The position numbers and the translations under genes were made by a program. The notes under the pieces are model-generated. The model was not told where the DNA came from. It did no database searches and worked only from the letters and a program-made list of their open reading frames with translations. DNA of 64,000 bases from positions 269,625,660 through 269,689,659 of the forward strand of contig NC_058132.1 of assembly GCF_016433145.1 (NCBI RefSeq), read 5' to 3'. Numbering within the stretch: the stretch's first letter is position 1; each line of letters opens with the position of its first letter. Below are positions 13,335-26,039 of the stretch, piece after piece. This DNA is from Gracilinanus agilis. Taxonomy: Eukaryota.

Positions 13335-13900
13335 AGTGATTTTGTTTTAAAAATAAGTGATTTTGGTGTTGGATCCATTGGCTGTCTCCACCAGTCATAA
13401 AGTTTATCTCCAGCTGCAATCTTTCTCCTAAGTTCTGTTCTTGGTTTCATATTTATAATCAAATATCATTATCATCTCAAAAATTAGTCATTATTTTTCC
13501 TTACTGCAAACTACCTCCTCCTCTTGGCTTTTCACTTTTTCTTACTGGCACTACCATTCTCCCAGTAACAGATTTTCAAAACCTCAGATTAATCATGGAT
13601 ACTTCTTTTTAATCTACTATACACATCAATTTACCAAATCCTTGTTATTCTTCCTTCAGAATGTCTTTTGCATTAGTCTCTTTCTTTTTATTCTCATTGC
13701 CACCATGTTATCTTATTTCCAGACTACTGAAGTAACTTCCTAACTGATTTCTGTGTTTCCAGTGTCTGCTCTGTCCCCCATACTGTGATCAAATTCATCT
13801 TAAAACACACTTTTGGTCCTCTGGCTATGCTGATCCACAATCTAAATGATTCCCTATTGTTCCCAGAGTAATATCTTAGCTCAATATTCGAGTCTTTATA
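13335..13900 (+). mobile_element. L2 LINE fragment
   Basis: Pyrimidine-rich L2 ORF2 3' sequence ('ctttctcctaag...accattctcccagt...ttccagactactg...taactgatttc'). Confidence 0.7.
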
Positions 13901-14329
13901 ATCCAGGTTCAGTATTTTTTAAACTTCTCTCCCAGTGAAAAAGAGTGTGATATGGTACATAGAAGACTGGCATAGGAGCCAGGATGACCTAGGCTCAAGA
14001 TTCACACCTGTCACACATCGTGACTAGGCACTATTTATCTCTCTATACTCTAGAGTCTAGACAACTCTCTTAAGACTATGAGTTGTTGAATAGGTGCCAA
14101 CCTGCCTTTGAAGAAGAAGTTTTCACATCTGGAGATTCCCTATGCCAAGGAAATCATTATTCTAGGCTCTCTCCCATCCTATCTCATTTCCATTACTTGA
14201 CAATCTGAATTCTCATCTCAAGCGAAAATTAGTTACTTTTACTCCAAATTGAATAAATACTCCTATTATTGCCCCCAAGGTGTGTCTCTGAAGCTTGGAG
14301 TAAGTGGCTCGCTCATAGCCAAATCATGC

Positions 14330-15420
14330 TTTTTTATTTTTTGTTTTTTGTTTTCTTAAGATTAATTTTATTTTTTAATTTTTTCCCATGGTCACATGAT
14401 TCTTGTTTTCTCCATCCTTCTTCCCTCTCCCCTCCCAGAGTTGACAAGAAATTTCACTAGGTTATACATATATTACCACTCAAAACCTATTTCCATATTA
14501 TTCATTTTTGAAATAATCTTTTAAAATCAAAACCTCAAATCCTATACACATATAAACAAATGATAAATCATATCTTTTCTTCTGGATTTCTATGCCTCCA
14601 TTCTTTCTCATAAGTCCCTCAGAATTATCCTGGATCATTGCATTCTTTTAGTAGAAAAGGCAGTTATATCTGATCATCCCACAATATTTCAGTTACTGTG
14701 TTTAATGTTCTCCTGGTTCTGCTTATTTCATTCCACATCAGATCATGTAGGTTTTCCCATTTCTTATAGAAATCAATCAGTTCATTATTCCTTGAAGCAC
14801 AATAATATTCCATCACCCACATGTACCACAATTTGTTCAGCCATTCTCCAATTGAGGGACAACCCCTCATTTTTCAATTTTTTGCCACCACAAAAAGTGC
14901 AGCTACAAATATTTTTGAACAAACAGAATTTTTCCCATTTTTAAAAATCTCTTTGGAATACAAATCTAGTAGTAGTATTGCTGGACCAAAGGACATGCAT
15001 TCTTTTAAAGTCCTTTGTGTATAATTCCAAATACCTCCCAAATTAGTTTGGTCAATTCACAACTCCATCAGCAAATGCATTAGTGTCCCAATTAACTACA
15101 TCCCCTCTAACATTTATTATTTTCTTTTACTGTTATATTGGTGAATCTTCTAGGTATAAAGTGGTACCTCAGAGTTATTTTGATTTACATTTCTCTAATC
15201 AGGAAGGAGTTAGAACATTTTTTCATGGGATTATTGATAGTTTTGATTTCTTCATCTGAAAACTGCCTATTCGTATCCCTTGATCATTTGTCAATTAGGG
15301 AATAATTTGATTTCTTATAAATTGGACTTAGTTCTTTGTATATTTGAGAAATTAGACCTTTGTTGGAGAATTCTGTAATAAAAATTTTCCCAGTTTCTTG
15401 CTTCCCTTCTAATTTTGGTT
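14330..15420 (-). mobile_element. L1_Mdo-type LINE, 5'-truncated (~1.1 kb)
   Basis: ORF 14664-14870(-) 'GCPSIGEWLNKLWYMWVMEYYCA...NE...W..L..LM.NEISRTRR' is the L1 ORF2 C-terminus; T-rich tail at left. Confidence 0.92.
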
Positions 15421-17157
15421 GCATTGCAAACCATAAGTTTTAGAAGCAAATTCAAAACCTCTTTTCCATATCTAATATCCTTTATAAGATACCATTTAAA
15501 GGGAATGAACAAAAATGGAGCTACAAACTCCTGTTTCCCAAGTATTTCCTTGTGCAATGATAATTGGTATTTTATCCTCTCCTCTCATCATTCTTCCTCT
15601 CTTTGCCTAAGGTAAAAAAGATGTTAAATGAAAAGAGTGAGCTTGTTTTTGTAATTAAATACAAGCGCTAAGCAACATCTGACAGTCATATTTTATACAC
15701 ATCGAAATAAAACAATCCTCCTGCAGACTTGGATGCTGCAATTTTTCTTGACAATATTTTGCCATGTCTCTTCAATGGCAGTGTCTCTGAGCAATTCACA
15801 CTTTGGTTGGAGACATTTTTATGAGATTTGCCTTTGCCCCCGAATTTCACTCAGCTCGAGAGGCTATATTTGCCAAAAGAAGCCTATTTTCCTCTCTATG
15901 GCTGATTATTACAAGTTCCATGAAGTACAGCTACAAACTTAGATACCATTAGTTTCCTTTAATGAAGTCTCTTCTTTGGAGTTTGGAGCAAACCACCATA
16001 TTTGACTTCAATTGAATCACTAGGAGCTATTCTCAGTTTCCAAATGTAACTGAGCTATGGAGAGGTCTTTGAGTCAGAGAATGCATGATGGGTCATGGTA
16101 TTTTTTTTTTCTTTCTCTGTCTGGCATATTACCATTCTTTTCATTCCTTTCACTGGAAGAAAACATAGAGACATAGTTGAAGGTTCAAAAATATCTGGAG
16201 GAATCATTTAGTGTTATAACTCCTTGTCTCAAGTCAAACTCTGATTTTAATAGAAATAATGCAATGTTGAGAGACTATGAAAAATTATTTATAAAGCTGT
16301 AAATTATCCACTCCAATCAATTGACAATAATTAAGGATAAACCATGTGCCAGGCTCCATGCCAGGTGTTGGGGATACAGATACAAAGAATAAAGCAATCC
16401 TTTATCTCAAGAAAATGATTTCAAATTTGCATATTTGGACTTTTTGCTATATCTGTCCTTTCTGACAAAACGTTATTACTTCTATTTAAAGAGGGTGACC
16501 AGACCAAATATCTCTTTATTTTCTATGAGGCTACCTTCCTCTGCATGTCTCCATTATGCTCCAGAAATCTCTTCTTCCTGAAAGATCACTTCAGTAGGGG
16601 AGCTCATCTCTTGAATAAAAACCCTTTGCTCCTGGGCCCCACTCCCTTGTATTGGAGTGTCGAGGACTTCTCCCAGAACTTCCTTTTATGGAGGATGCAC
16701 AGGGTAGGCATCTTTTCATTTTTACCAGGCTGTACCATTTTGAATTCTCCATTACCACTAATTCCATCTTCCCCCTTTCTACAACCTACCCCCTTTTTAG
16801 CTTCCTTTTATGCATTATCTTCCCAATTACACTATAAGCTCCTCATGAGAAGGGACTATCTGCTTATATTCGTCTTTCTAGGATTGAGCACTGTGTTTGA
16901 CACATAGAAAGTACTTAGTAAATATTTGTTAACTGGCTGGATTTGGATTTGAGACTTGTTCTTTCTCCGTATCATCTGAAGACCTGGGAGGGGAATTAAA
17001 ACTTTTCTAATTTGCTGTCATTATTGGTGAAAATAACTCATCTTATTTCCAATTGAATGGAACATAGGGATATTTTTAAGGTAAAATTTTTAAAATTAGG
17101 CTAAAAAACATTAGCAAAATTTTTATTACAATAGACTTCTTTAAAAGAAAGAGAACA

Positions 17158-17362
17158 GGGGCAGCTGGGTAGCTCAGTGGATTGAGAGTCAAGCCTAGAG
17201 ACTGGACGTCCTAGGTTCAAATCCGGCCTCAGACACTTCCCAGCTGTGTGACCCTGGGCAAGTCACTTGACCCCCATTGCACACCCTTACCACTCTTCCA
17301 CCAAGGAGCCAATGCACAGAACAATTAACAGAAGTTAAGGGTTTAAAAAAAGAAAAAAGAAA
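17158..17362 (+). mobile_element. SINE1_Mdo-type young SINE with 15-bp TSD
   Basis: tRNA-derived head 'ggggcagctgggtagctcagtgg...ggttcaaatcc'; A-rich tail; TSD aaaagaaagagaaca at 17143-17157 and 17363-17377; TT|AAAA endonuclease site. Confidence 0.95.
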
Positions 17363-18331
17363 AAAAGAAAGAGAACATGGTCATGTATTGTTTTCCATAA
17401 ATTTTGTTTTGAACAATTTTGCTTCTAATAACCCCTCTGATACTTCCAGTTATTTTTTCCCAGAACTCTTGAGTAGGAATTTTTACATTGATAGTGAATT
17501 TAGTTGGGAAAAAGTAAAGATAAGGAGAGACTACCCTGGGTATAGTGTCATTGGGAGAGGTCCATGATTCCTTTGTATGCTTTAATTCGGTGCTGAGAGA
17601 GGCAATGAATTTATCCCCACAGAGCCTAGCTTGTGTCTCTGTGCATAGTTAATTGTCCCCAACTATCTAAAAGGAGGACTCTAAGATAGGGAAACCATAC
17701 CAATAAGAACCCAAGAATAACAGCCTTGACTTGGAGGTGTGTACCCTACTTTCAGAGGTTTATGGCTTGGGGAAAAAATCCAGTGACCTTGCCCTAATCA
17801 CAGTTCTCCTACAATCAAAATAAATACATTGCTTAGAACTTTTCATTGATCTCATAAGGAATGTAAGGGTGGGAATGTAGGTTACCTCTCCTCCTCCCTG
17901 TTATCACCAATATTGACTTTGGTCTTCTGCACCACAAGACCCCCTTCCTTCACCTTTTGTCACCTTATATTCCCCTACTTCAACTTCTCTAATGGTATAA
18001 ATTTCCAACCTCACCTTGCAATCAGTCCCTCAGAGCTATTATAATCCAAATGTGACACAGGTACCATCTATAAAGAAATTGTTGGGAAAGTCCCTTCCCT
18101 CCCCTGGCACAACAAACCTTGCCTTCTCCTCTACCATCTTCTGGCTGTGGCACCTTTTATTTGGCTCTAGGCTCTGAGACAGGGGCCAGTGAAAAATTCT
18201 CTCACCCTCTATTCTTGGTTTTTCATTCAAAGAGTATGGACGAAAGGTGGTCTACATTGCTAGTCTCTTGATGTTTCCCTCCATACTCACCTTTTTTCAG
18301 AAATTTTTTTTATGTCAAAGGTACTACTATT

Positions 18332-18562
18332 TAGTGGTGTGCTACAGCTGCTTTAAATAGGCTCTTAAGAGCCCATTTAAAAATTTTCTGAGTGAGCACC
18401 TCAGAAATCAGCAAATGCTACAAATAAGAGCCTGATGTATTGTTTTGTTGATTACCTAGATTTATGAAAATGGAGAAAATGTTAATAATGCAAAGTTAAT
18501 AAACTCATAAGTATGTCATGTGTACACTATTTTCCAGGAGGGCTGGTTGTTAAATATTTACC

Positions 18563-18570
<8 letters not shown>
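18332..18570 (+). mobile_element. MER63-like hAT (Blackjack-type) MITE
   Basis: Starts 'tagtggtgtgct', has internal 'gctacaaat...tattgttttgttgatt...atggagaaaatgttaataatgca', ends 'ggttgttaaatatttacca'; matches MER63 as I recall it. Confidence 0.7.

Positions 18571-18626
<56 letters not shown>
18567..18626. repeat. (CA)30 microsatellite
   Basis: Perfect CA run. Confidence 0.98.
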
Positions 18627-18629
<3 letters not shown>

Positions 18630-18630
<1 letters not shown>

Positions 18631-19182
18631 CATCCCCCAGTCACTTAAGTTTACAACCTCATTGTCATTAACTTTTCTTCACTCATTTAAACTCTACCCC
18701 CAATACCCAATTCACCTAGACTATTGAAATGGCCTCTTAATTTTTCCCTCTGCCTCAAAACCCTCTCCTCTCCAACCTTTTTCCACAAAGTGATTTTCCT
18801 AAAGGGAAGATCGAACAATGCCATTCTAAAATTAGAAAAAAACCATTGACTCTTTATGACCTTTAGGATCAAATATAATCCTCCTGGTTAAACTTTTTCT
18901 TCTTCTTATAAATTATTTCCCTTCTCATACTCTGCAATTTAGTCCAATTGGACTTCTTGTTGTTCCTGACACAATATTCCATTTCCAGTCTTCATGGCGT
19001 TGTACTGGCTAGCTTTAATCATTGGAATTCACCTTCTCCTTATCTCTGCCTCTTAGAATTCTTCCTATATCAAGCCTTTTGTGATGCTCCCAAATTCAAG
19101 TTCCTTCCCTTATAAAATTGTCTATATTTATTTTATAAATAATATGTATATATTTATTCTCATATATATATAATGTATATAC

Positions 19183-19225
<43 letters not shown>

Positions 19226-19360
19226 TTATATATACTTTGTTTCCCTCAACAAAATGTGAATTCTTCATGGGCAGGGTCTATTTCATTTTTGTCTTTGTAT
19301 CTCTGAAACTTAGAATAGTGTCTGATATATATCAAGAACTTAATAAATTCCTTTTGATTT
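18630..19360 (+). mobile_element. L2 LINE 3' fragment containing a (CA)n run at 19186-19224
   Basis: 'aaagtgattttcctaaag...aaaccattgactc...'; terminal 'gtatctctg...agaatagtgtctg...aagaacttaataaattc'. Confidence 0.75.
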
Positions 19361-19458
19361 ACTAATTTCTTGGGAAGTGAATCTTCCAAAGAGATTAAAT
19401 CTATTCGAGTATTTGAAACAGCCTTCTACTTGATTTTCACTTTTAAAAACTTAGTTGA

Positions 19459-19653
19459 GGGCAACTAGGTGGGTCAGTGGTTTAACAACAACATCTGGCA
19501 ATGAGAAGTCCTGGTTTCAAATCTGGTCTCAGACACTTCCTAACTCTGTGACCCTGGGCAAATCACTTTACCTCCATTGCTTAACTCTTACTGCTCTTCT
19601 GCCTAAGAATCAATACACAGCATCATTCATTAGATAGAATCTAATGATTTTTT
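19459..19653 (+). mobile_element. Older SINE1_Mdo-type SINE with 14-bp TSD
   Basis: Head 'gggcaactaggtgggtcagtgg'; TSD aaaaacttagttga at 19445-19458 and 19654-19667. Confidence 0.9.
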
Positions 19654-19734
19654 AAAAACTTAGTTGAATCTTCCAACTTACAAAAGAAATCATAGGAAAA
19701 ATAAGATACTGATCAGAAAAAGATAAGAAAACAC

Positions 19735-20035
19735 CTACAGCTTCATCAACAATGTATTAGTGTGCTTGCCTGTCCAAACTCCTTCCAACATCAATTATGC
19801 CAGTCTTTCATCACCTGCCAATTTTCTGGACATGAGGTAAAACTTCAAAGTTGTTTTTATTGGAATTTCTTTTATTTTTAATATTTGGGAGCATTCTCTC
19901 ATATTTTAATTGAATTTTAATTTGTAATTCTTCCTTTGATAACCATTTGTTCATGTATTTTGAACCAATTATCCCTCATTGTATGACTTTTGATGCTACC
20001 TATTTGTATTAGTTCCCTATATATCTTGGATATCG
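19735..20035 (-). mobile_element. Old L1 ORF2 3' fragment
   Basis: 'tcaacaatgtattagtgtgc...ccttccaacat...gtaaaacttcaaagttgttttt...tatatatcttggatat' is antisense L1. Confidence 0.7.
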
Positions 20036-20059
20036 GGGAAAGGTCACATTTTGACATAG

Positions 20060-20445
20060 GATGAAAATTTAACTTTTTATTAAAAATATTTAATTTCTAT
20101 GAAAAGTTTCCTACCTGAATATTTAAATTTGGAAATCAAATTATATCAAATTTTAATGAAAAGTTTTAGCAGGTTTTGAACTAGTTTGTTAAAAACATAA
20201 TAATACAACATCTATAGATTAGTTTATGAATAGCTTATTGATACCTTGGAAGAAGAAGGAAACTTACTGGATGAATTTCAACAATATTCAACAACAAATG
20301 GATTGGAGAATTGGTGTCATGATTTAGTAAGCACAACCAACAACACACCATTATTTGCACCTACGCATTTTTGTCCAGTTTGTCTTTTTGCTATGACTGA
20401 TGTTAAAACCAAATATCCAATTAAGCTGAACTTGGAATCATGTAC
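20060..20445 (+). mobile_element. hAT-Charlie transposase fossil (C-terminal dimerisation domain)
   Basis: ORF 20246-20455 'EEGNLLDEFQQ...HDLVSTTNNTPLFAPTHFCPVCLFAMTDVKTKYPIKLNLE' aligns with the hAT motif 'LLPFxSTYLCExxFSxMxxIKTKYRxKLNLE'. Confidence 0.75.
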
Positions 20446-20491
20446 ATATCTATAATTTGTAAATAGAAAAATATATATGTTGAATCTATCA

Positions 20492-20730
20492 TTGTTGTTC
20501 AGTTGTATCCAGTCCTTTAGGACCCTATTTTGAGGTTTTCTTGGCAAAGATACTGAAATAGTTTGCCATATCCTTCTCTAGCTCATTTTACAGATGAGGA
20601 AATTGAGGCAAAAGGGTTAAGTGACTTGCCCGGAGCTGCACAATTAGGAAGTGTCTGAGCCTGGATTTGAACTCAAATATATCCTGACTCCAAGATTGGT
20701 GTTCTATCCACTACACTACCTAATTGCTCT
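20492..20730 (-). mobile_element. MAR1-type SINE
   Basis: 'ttgttgttcagttgt...ttttcttggcaaagatactg...ttttacagatgaggaaattgaggc...ccactacactacc'. Confidence 0.85.
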
Positions 20731-21432
20731 AGCTCGAAAGTTTTTGAAGTGTTCCCCAACACATACCTGTTTTTTAAAACTAAACATTAGGATGTTGATT
20801 AATTTACTATAGATATAGTCTAGTTTAGATATTTCATTTCATGAAAGGCTGCTTTTAAATCAATTTAGAAATCAAATGACATTAAAAACATATCTAACAA
20901 ATTTATTATAACCTTAATTAATAATAGCTGCTATTTTGCAACATTTAAAGCTTTGAAGCATTATCTCATTGGAAATCCAAAACAGCTAAATGAAGTAAAA
21001 ACTGATTGGCTTTCTATTCTTGTTCAACAGATGAAAAAACTTAGGCTCAGAAACCCTAAGGTATATTTCCATAGTCACACAAATAGTGAAATATAGGTCT
21101 CTCTTGACTCCAAGTCCAACATGCTCTCCATCAAACACACTGCCTATATAGTAAACTTTGATAATATTTTAACAAGCTTTTATTCTCAGAAAGCAATTGA
21201 ATGTCTGAAAATTTATATCTCTCTGGACACAATCAGTTCTTTTTAATATTTGTAAAATTACTATTTATGTAGGTAAAACAAACTGACAAGATTTTTCCCA
21301 CAATTTTAAAAAGAATACTTCTCACCTTCATCCTTTACTTAAAAAAAAAAAAAAGAAGAGGAAGAAGAAGAAGAAGACAAAAAATTGCTGTTGAACTGTA
21401 TGAATGATGTGGTGGCACAATATGTGGATTGG

Positions 21433-21462
21433 TAGGCACTTAGCAATTAGGCACTTAGCAAT
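21433..21462. repeat. Perfect 15-bp tandem micro-duplication
   Basis: taggcacttagcaat occurs twice, at 21433-21447 and 21448-21462. Confidence 0.95.
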
Positions 21463-21669
21463 GCTAATGTCAGATGCCAGACAAACTGGATGTCAAACAA
21501 AGACCAGCTCGACTTCAACATTGTGTGTGCCACACAGTTGGCTGTATTTATACATTTCAGAAGATAATAGGAAAGTGGATACTCAGGCTAGTGTCAGCAT
21601 AATCCAGAAAAAAAGAGGTGTCCAAGTATCTGGATTTCAAGGGCACAGTTTGAACAAAGGGTTAAATAT

Positions 21670-22330
21670 CTGAGAACACAAATAGCCTTGCAAAGTTCAT
21701 TTCTCCCCCTCAGGTTTTGCATGCTTTTTTCTTATTGAAATGTGTTTAAATGTATATTAAAAAGGCTAACAGTGAAAGTGAAGCCTCTGTTCATTAAATT
21801 TCTTTGCTTTTTCGTCCATTTAATGGACGTTTGTGAACACAGCATTTAGCAGTTCATCATCTAGAGGTGGGCAAGCCTCAGGGGGGCAGGGAAGAAGACT
21901 GAACACATGTTCTGTGAAATGGCCTGGGTTTGCCATTTGTCCTAATGCTACTTGGACTCTTGATGTTTGTTTTAAGCTTTATAGGAGAAGAACTGAACAT
22001 GAATTCAGGAAGAATTAAAGAATAAGGCTGCTTGAATGCGCTGTTATTTCAACCAGTCACGTTACTAACAAATCGATCATTTGTTAATAGCATCTTTTAG
22101 GTGTTTGTTCTTTTCATCAATGTAGTTTTGAAATCAGTTATTATCTGGAAGCGACTTTTACCCTATTGGGTTTTCCAAGCCTTTTCAGTTTAAAATGAAA
22201 CAAAGCAACCAGCTTCGTGAAAACTGTGTAACGATCCCTAATGAGACAAGATATTTGTACTGAATAATTGCTATTTAGGAGGAAACTGTGGCCAGTTCTT
22301 GAGAGCTATTAACATGAATGACACAGCACA
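21670..22330. promoter_or_regulatory. Putative conserved non-coding/enhancer element
   Basis: Repeat-free, 8 CpGs in 21800-22260, two perfect short inverted repeats. Function is inferred only. Confidence 0.3.
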
Positions 22331-23489
22331 GAGGATTTCACTCCCAGCAAGTTTAGAGGGCACAGGTCATTGTGAAGTGTATAATGTTTGTTTTCTTGCT
22401 GGTGCCAGGTAATTGATATCTAACCACAAATTGCAAATTAAAGCATTCTTTGAAAGAATAGGAAACACACTTAAGAATAAGAAGAAAAAGGATCTGAAGA
22501 GATAGACAATAACTCTGTCCTATTCCAAGAAGTTAGAAGGTGGTACTATTTAATACAGGGACAGAAGGGAAGAAGAATGGCCAGTAAAAACAGAGGTTGA
22601 AATTGGAAATTCTTAGGAAGAAATAGTGCCTCGCATTGCAAGAAGTGTTGATATGAATATATATTAAAGAATGAGGAAGGAATTCATCCAGGAAGGATCA
22701 ATCAAAACAATAAATACTTTCTAAGTGTCTACTGTGTGTCAGGTACTGTGATAGTGGAAAAAGGCATGTGGTCAGTGACTTCCACTTAAAATGTACTGAA
22801 ACAACTATTTGTCTTCAAGTTGTATACAGATTTCAGATGTGACAACAGGTTCCTGAAACTTGTCAAACCTAGTGATTGCTCTCTGCTTCTGATGATTAGT
22901 GTGGAGAAGCATGATAAAAAACATTTTGGTGAAGAGCAAGAGACCAAAACAATTTTTATCATCAGCAAAATGTAGTACGGGCCACTTGGCCCAAAAGAAG
23001 ACATACAGAAAACATGTCAAACCTAACCCAGAAATATGATATGGTGATAAAGAGGGCCAACAATTACCAGAGCATCTGATAAACTTTTGGATCATTTTAA
23101 TGACTCTATTCTTCAAACAAGGGGAACTGGTGCTCTGAACCTGAGTTTAACAAACAGTTATGAATTGAGTGTCAAAGAAGAAATGATGAGAATCTTGGGG
23201 AAAATGATCACTACACTTCATCTAAGAATCTGGCATGGAAAACAGGGAAGTTGGCCAAATGAGACACATATCCTACATTTGGGAAGAGAAAATTTCAAAA
23301 AAAGTCTCAAAGAAAGAATAGGAATAGCAAATTCTATAAGGAAAGTCAGATATGAACTATAGGATACTTTGAAGAATTAAATTCTGAAGATAAAAAACAA
23401 AATAACCTTCTGAGGATGAAAAAGCATTGTCAACATAGACTGATGTGGATGTTTGAGGAGCTTACCAAACAGCGTAGTTTTTTTTTTTT

Positions 23490-23850
23490 AAAGATGCCTA
23501 TAGAAGATGGAAGAAAGACCAAATAATGGCACACGAATAGAAAAATGTGGCACACAAAGAAGGAAATGTTGGAGTCTGATTACAGATCCAAGCATGCCAT
23601 CTCTCACTTTATTTCCTTCATGAGTTTTTTTATTGTATGTGTGATATATGTTTTCTGTCACAGCATGGGGAACATGGAAATATGGATTAGATGAAAGCAC
23701 TGGTATAACCTATTTCAGATTATTTACCACTTCAGGGAAAGGACGGGGAGAAAAGGGAGGGAGAAATCTAAATTGCAAAATGTCAGGAAAAAATTGTCAA
23801 AAATTGTTTCTACATGTAATTAAAAAAAAAAGAAAGCTTAAAAAGGAGAA
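23490..23850 (+). mobile_element. Old L1 3' end nested in L3
   Basis: Reverse complement of the 3850-4150 sequence type; ends in an A-rich tail. Confidence 0.8.
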
Positions 23851-24536
23851 ATACAGCATGGTCTTATAAGAATAATATCAATGATATCAGTGAGCAATAA
23901 CATTCAGAATGAGGTGAAGTTAGTAATGATACTACAAATAGCAGAAAAGAGCTCTTGAAGCTGTGTTGAGGCCAAAATGTGAATCAAAAAATAGATCCGA
24001 TCACTGTTTTTGATGGGACAGTGATAATAGACAAGAGAGAAAAGGCTAAAGACTCAAATCTTATGTCGTTTCCATTTCATCTGCCAAGGGAAAAGATCTT
24101 CAGATTGGTCACAATAAACTAAATGTGTTTAACAGGCAGCTGCAACTTAGAGCAATTAAGGAACTAGTAAGAGAGGAGCTGACTATCCTCAATGAGCTCC
24201 TCCCTAGATTGAATCTAACATCCAACATAATGAAATAGCAAGTAAATGTGACTATCATTCTTTAAAGTCAGTGTGTTGGGAAAATAGTATAAAAGTAGGA
24301 TGAGTCTAGAAGCTGTAAGATATGGTGTCAGTATTCAAAAGAGATGGAATCTGAGTACTGTTGGTCAATGCACTAGACTTCGATTCCTGACAAAATTCTA
24401 AAACATATGACTAAAGAGAAGTTTATGAATATGTTCCCTAAGAGCCAAAACATTATGACAGATTAACTTCATTTTTTTTTTGACAAATTTACTAGACTAG
24501 TAGATTAGAGGATTCCTGAAAATTGCTATCATTCAA

Positions 24537-24735
24537 TGGTTTTCAGTCATGTCAGATTCTTCACGATCCTCTTTAGTATTTTCTTGGCAAAGATGCTGGA
24601 ATGAGGTACCATTTCCTTTTCTAGCTCATTTATCAGATGAAGAACTGTGTCAAACATGGTTAAGTGACTTGCCCAGGGTCACACAGCTAATACATCTAGT
24701 AAGTGTTTAAAGCCACCTTTGAACTCCTGATGAGT
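24537..24735 (-). mobile_element. MAR1-type SINE nested in L3
   Basis: 'ttttcagtcatgtc...ttcttggcaaagatgctgga...taagtgacttgcccagggtcacacagcta'. Confidence 0.85.
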
Positions 24736-26039
24736 CTAAAAAACTAAAAGCCAGTTATTAATGAGTCAATGCCAACTTGGATGGTGGTCTGTAGTGGCAT
24801 TCTTTAATGATCTCTTCTTGTTTGGCCTTATTCTCTTTAAGATTCATGTAAGATAATCAGATTTGCAGATATCAGGAAGCTGGGAGTAATAGCATGCTTT
24901 ATGACAGAATTAGTATCCAAAACAATCTTGATAACTAGAAAATTGGGTTGAATATAATAAGGTGATATTTAATAGAAATAAATATAAAATATTATACAAT
25001 AATTCAAAAAATCAGTTTCTTAAAAAGAAGATGTGAGGCATGGATAGAAAATATTTGAAAATTTGAGCAGAGTTCAAATTCAAAATGAATCAACAGGTGT
25101 GATAAGGTAGCCACAAAAACTAAAAGAGCTGTAGGCTGAATTTCAGTAGGTATAAAGTCCAGGACAAGGTTCACAAGTTTCACTGCACTCTATCTTGATC
25201 AGATCTATCTAGAATATTGTGTTTGATTCTTTGGGAAAGTCATTAGTAAGCAGTAGTGTGTCCACAAAAGAGCAGCCAGAATGATGAAGGGTTTGGAAAT
25301 AATGTCATATAAGGATGGATTGAAAAGATTGTGAATGCGTTAGTCTAAACGAGAGATGTAGAGCAATATATTTTAAACATCTTCTATCTGATACAAATAA
25401 CTCCCAAAAGACAAAGCAGTAGTGGACACAAAGAAGTTAAGTGATTGCCACTTGAATGAGGCACCTTCAAAAAGCCATAACAGTGTCTTCATTGTCTGTG
25501 AATAAATGAACTTTCCTAGCTTCCCTGTGGCACTTGGAAGTTCTATCTTCTTCCCTTCCACACACAACCTAGTTTCCTTATACTCTATTCTGCCTTATAG
25601 CTCCTCATTGCTTCCAAGCTGAGTCTAGGGCAAAGCTGACACTGCTGGACCAAACTCAGTTCAGAGTCCTTAGATAACAGTCTTCTTTCCTTAATGATTA
25701 AAATTTTAAATACCAGGAACTTGCCTCCAGGACCCCGCCCAAGACTAGATCCTCAGACACTAGACTTTTTACAACCAGGACTATACCAGTGAATAGAACC
25801 TTTTCTACTGAATCAAATCTTTCTTCTCTGCTATGAGAGAAAGAACCAACTGATTGTTTTCTCAGACACCATGGGGCCCTGAAAATGGAATCTTTCTCTT
25901 CAAATGGTATTATATTCCTGTTCTATGGCTAGCAAAGTCTTCATCTCTTAAGCCCTGGAGTCCAGGGATGTGGACTTTGTAGTTGAAAACCTTCTCATTA
26001 TGTCTGCTCTTTCATTTGCATCCAACCTCCCAAATCCCT

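Larger units (their letters stand above)
22900..25370 (+). mobile_element. Long L3/CR1 LINE fossil interrupted by L1 and MAR1 insertions
   Basis: Degenerate CR1 ORF2 motifs in order: 'ILHLGRENFKKSLKERIG' (23260-23330), then 'V.VFK......Y....L..IPDKIL' (24325-24400), 'NFIFFFDKFTRLVD' (24465-24505), and 'RFAD..KLG' plus the 3' region (24860-25370). Confidence 0.82.

Noticed and set aside
15612-15636. 25-nt acceptor/donor pair (VKKMLNEK)
   Set aside because: Not frame-preserving, moderate donor, and phase-incompatible with the 12938-12985 candidate.
22805-23362. Overlapping ORFs of 103 and 91 aa
   Set aside because: They are antisense and sense readings of the L3/CR1 fossil.
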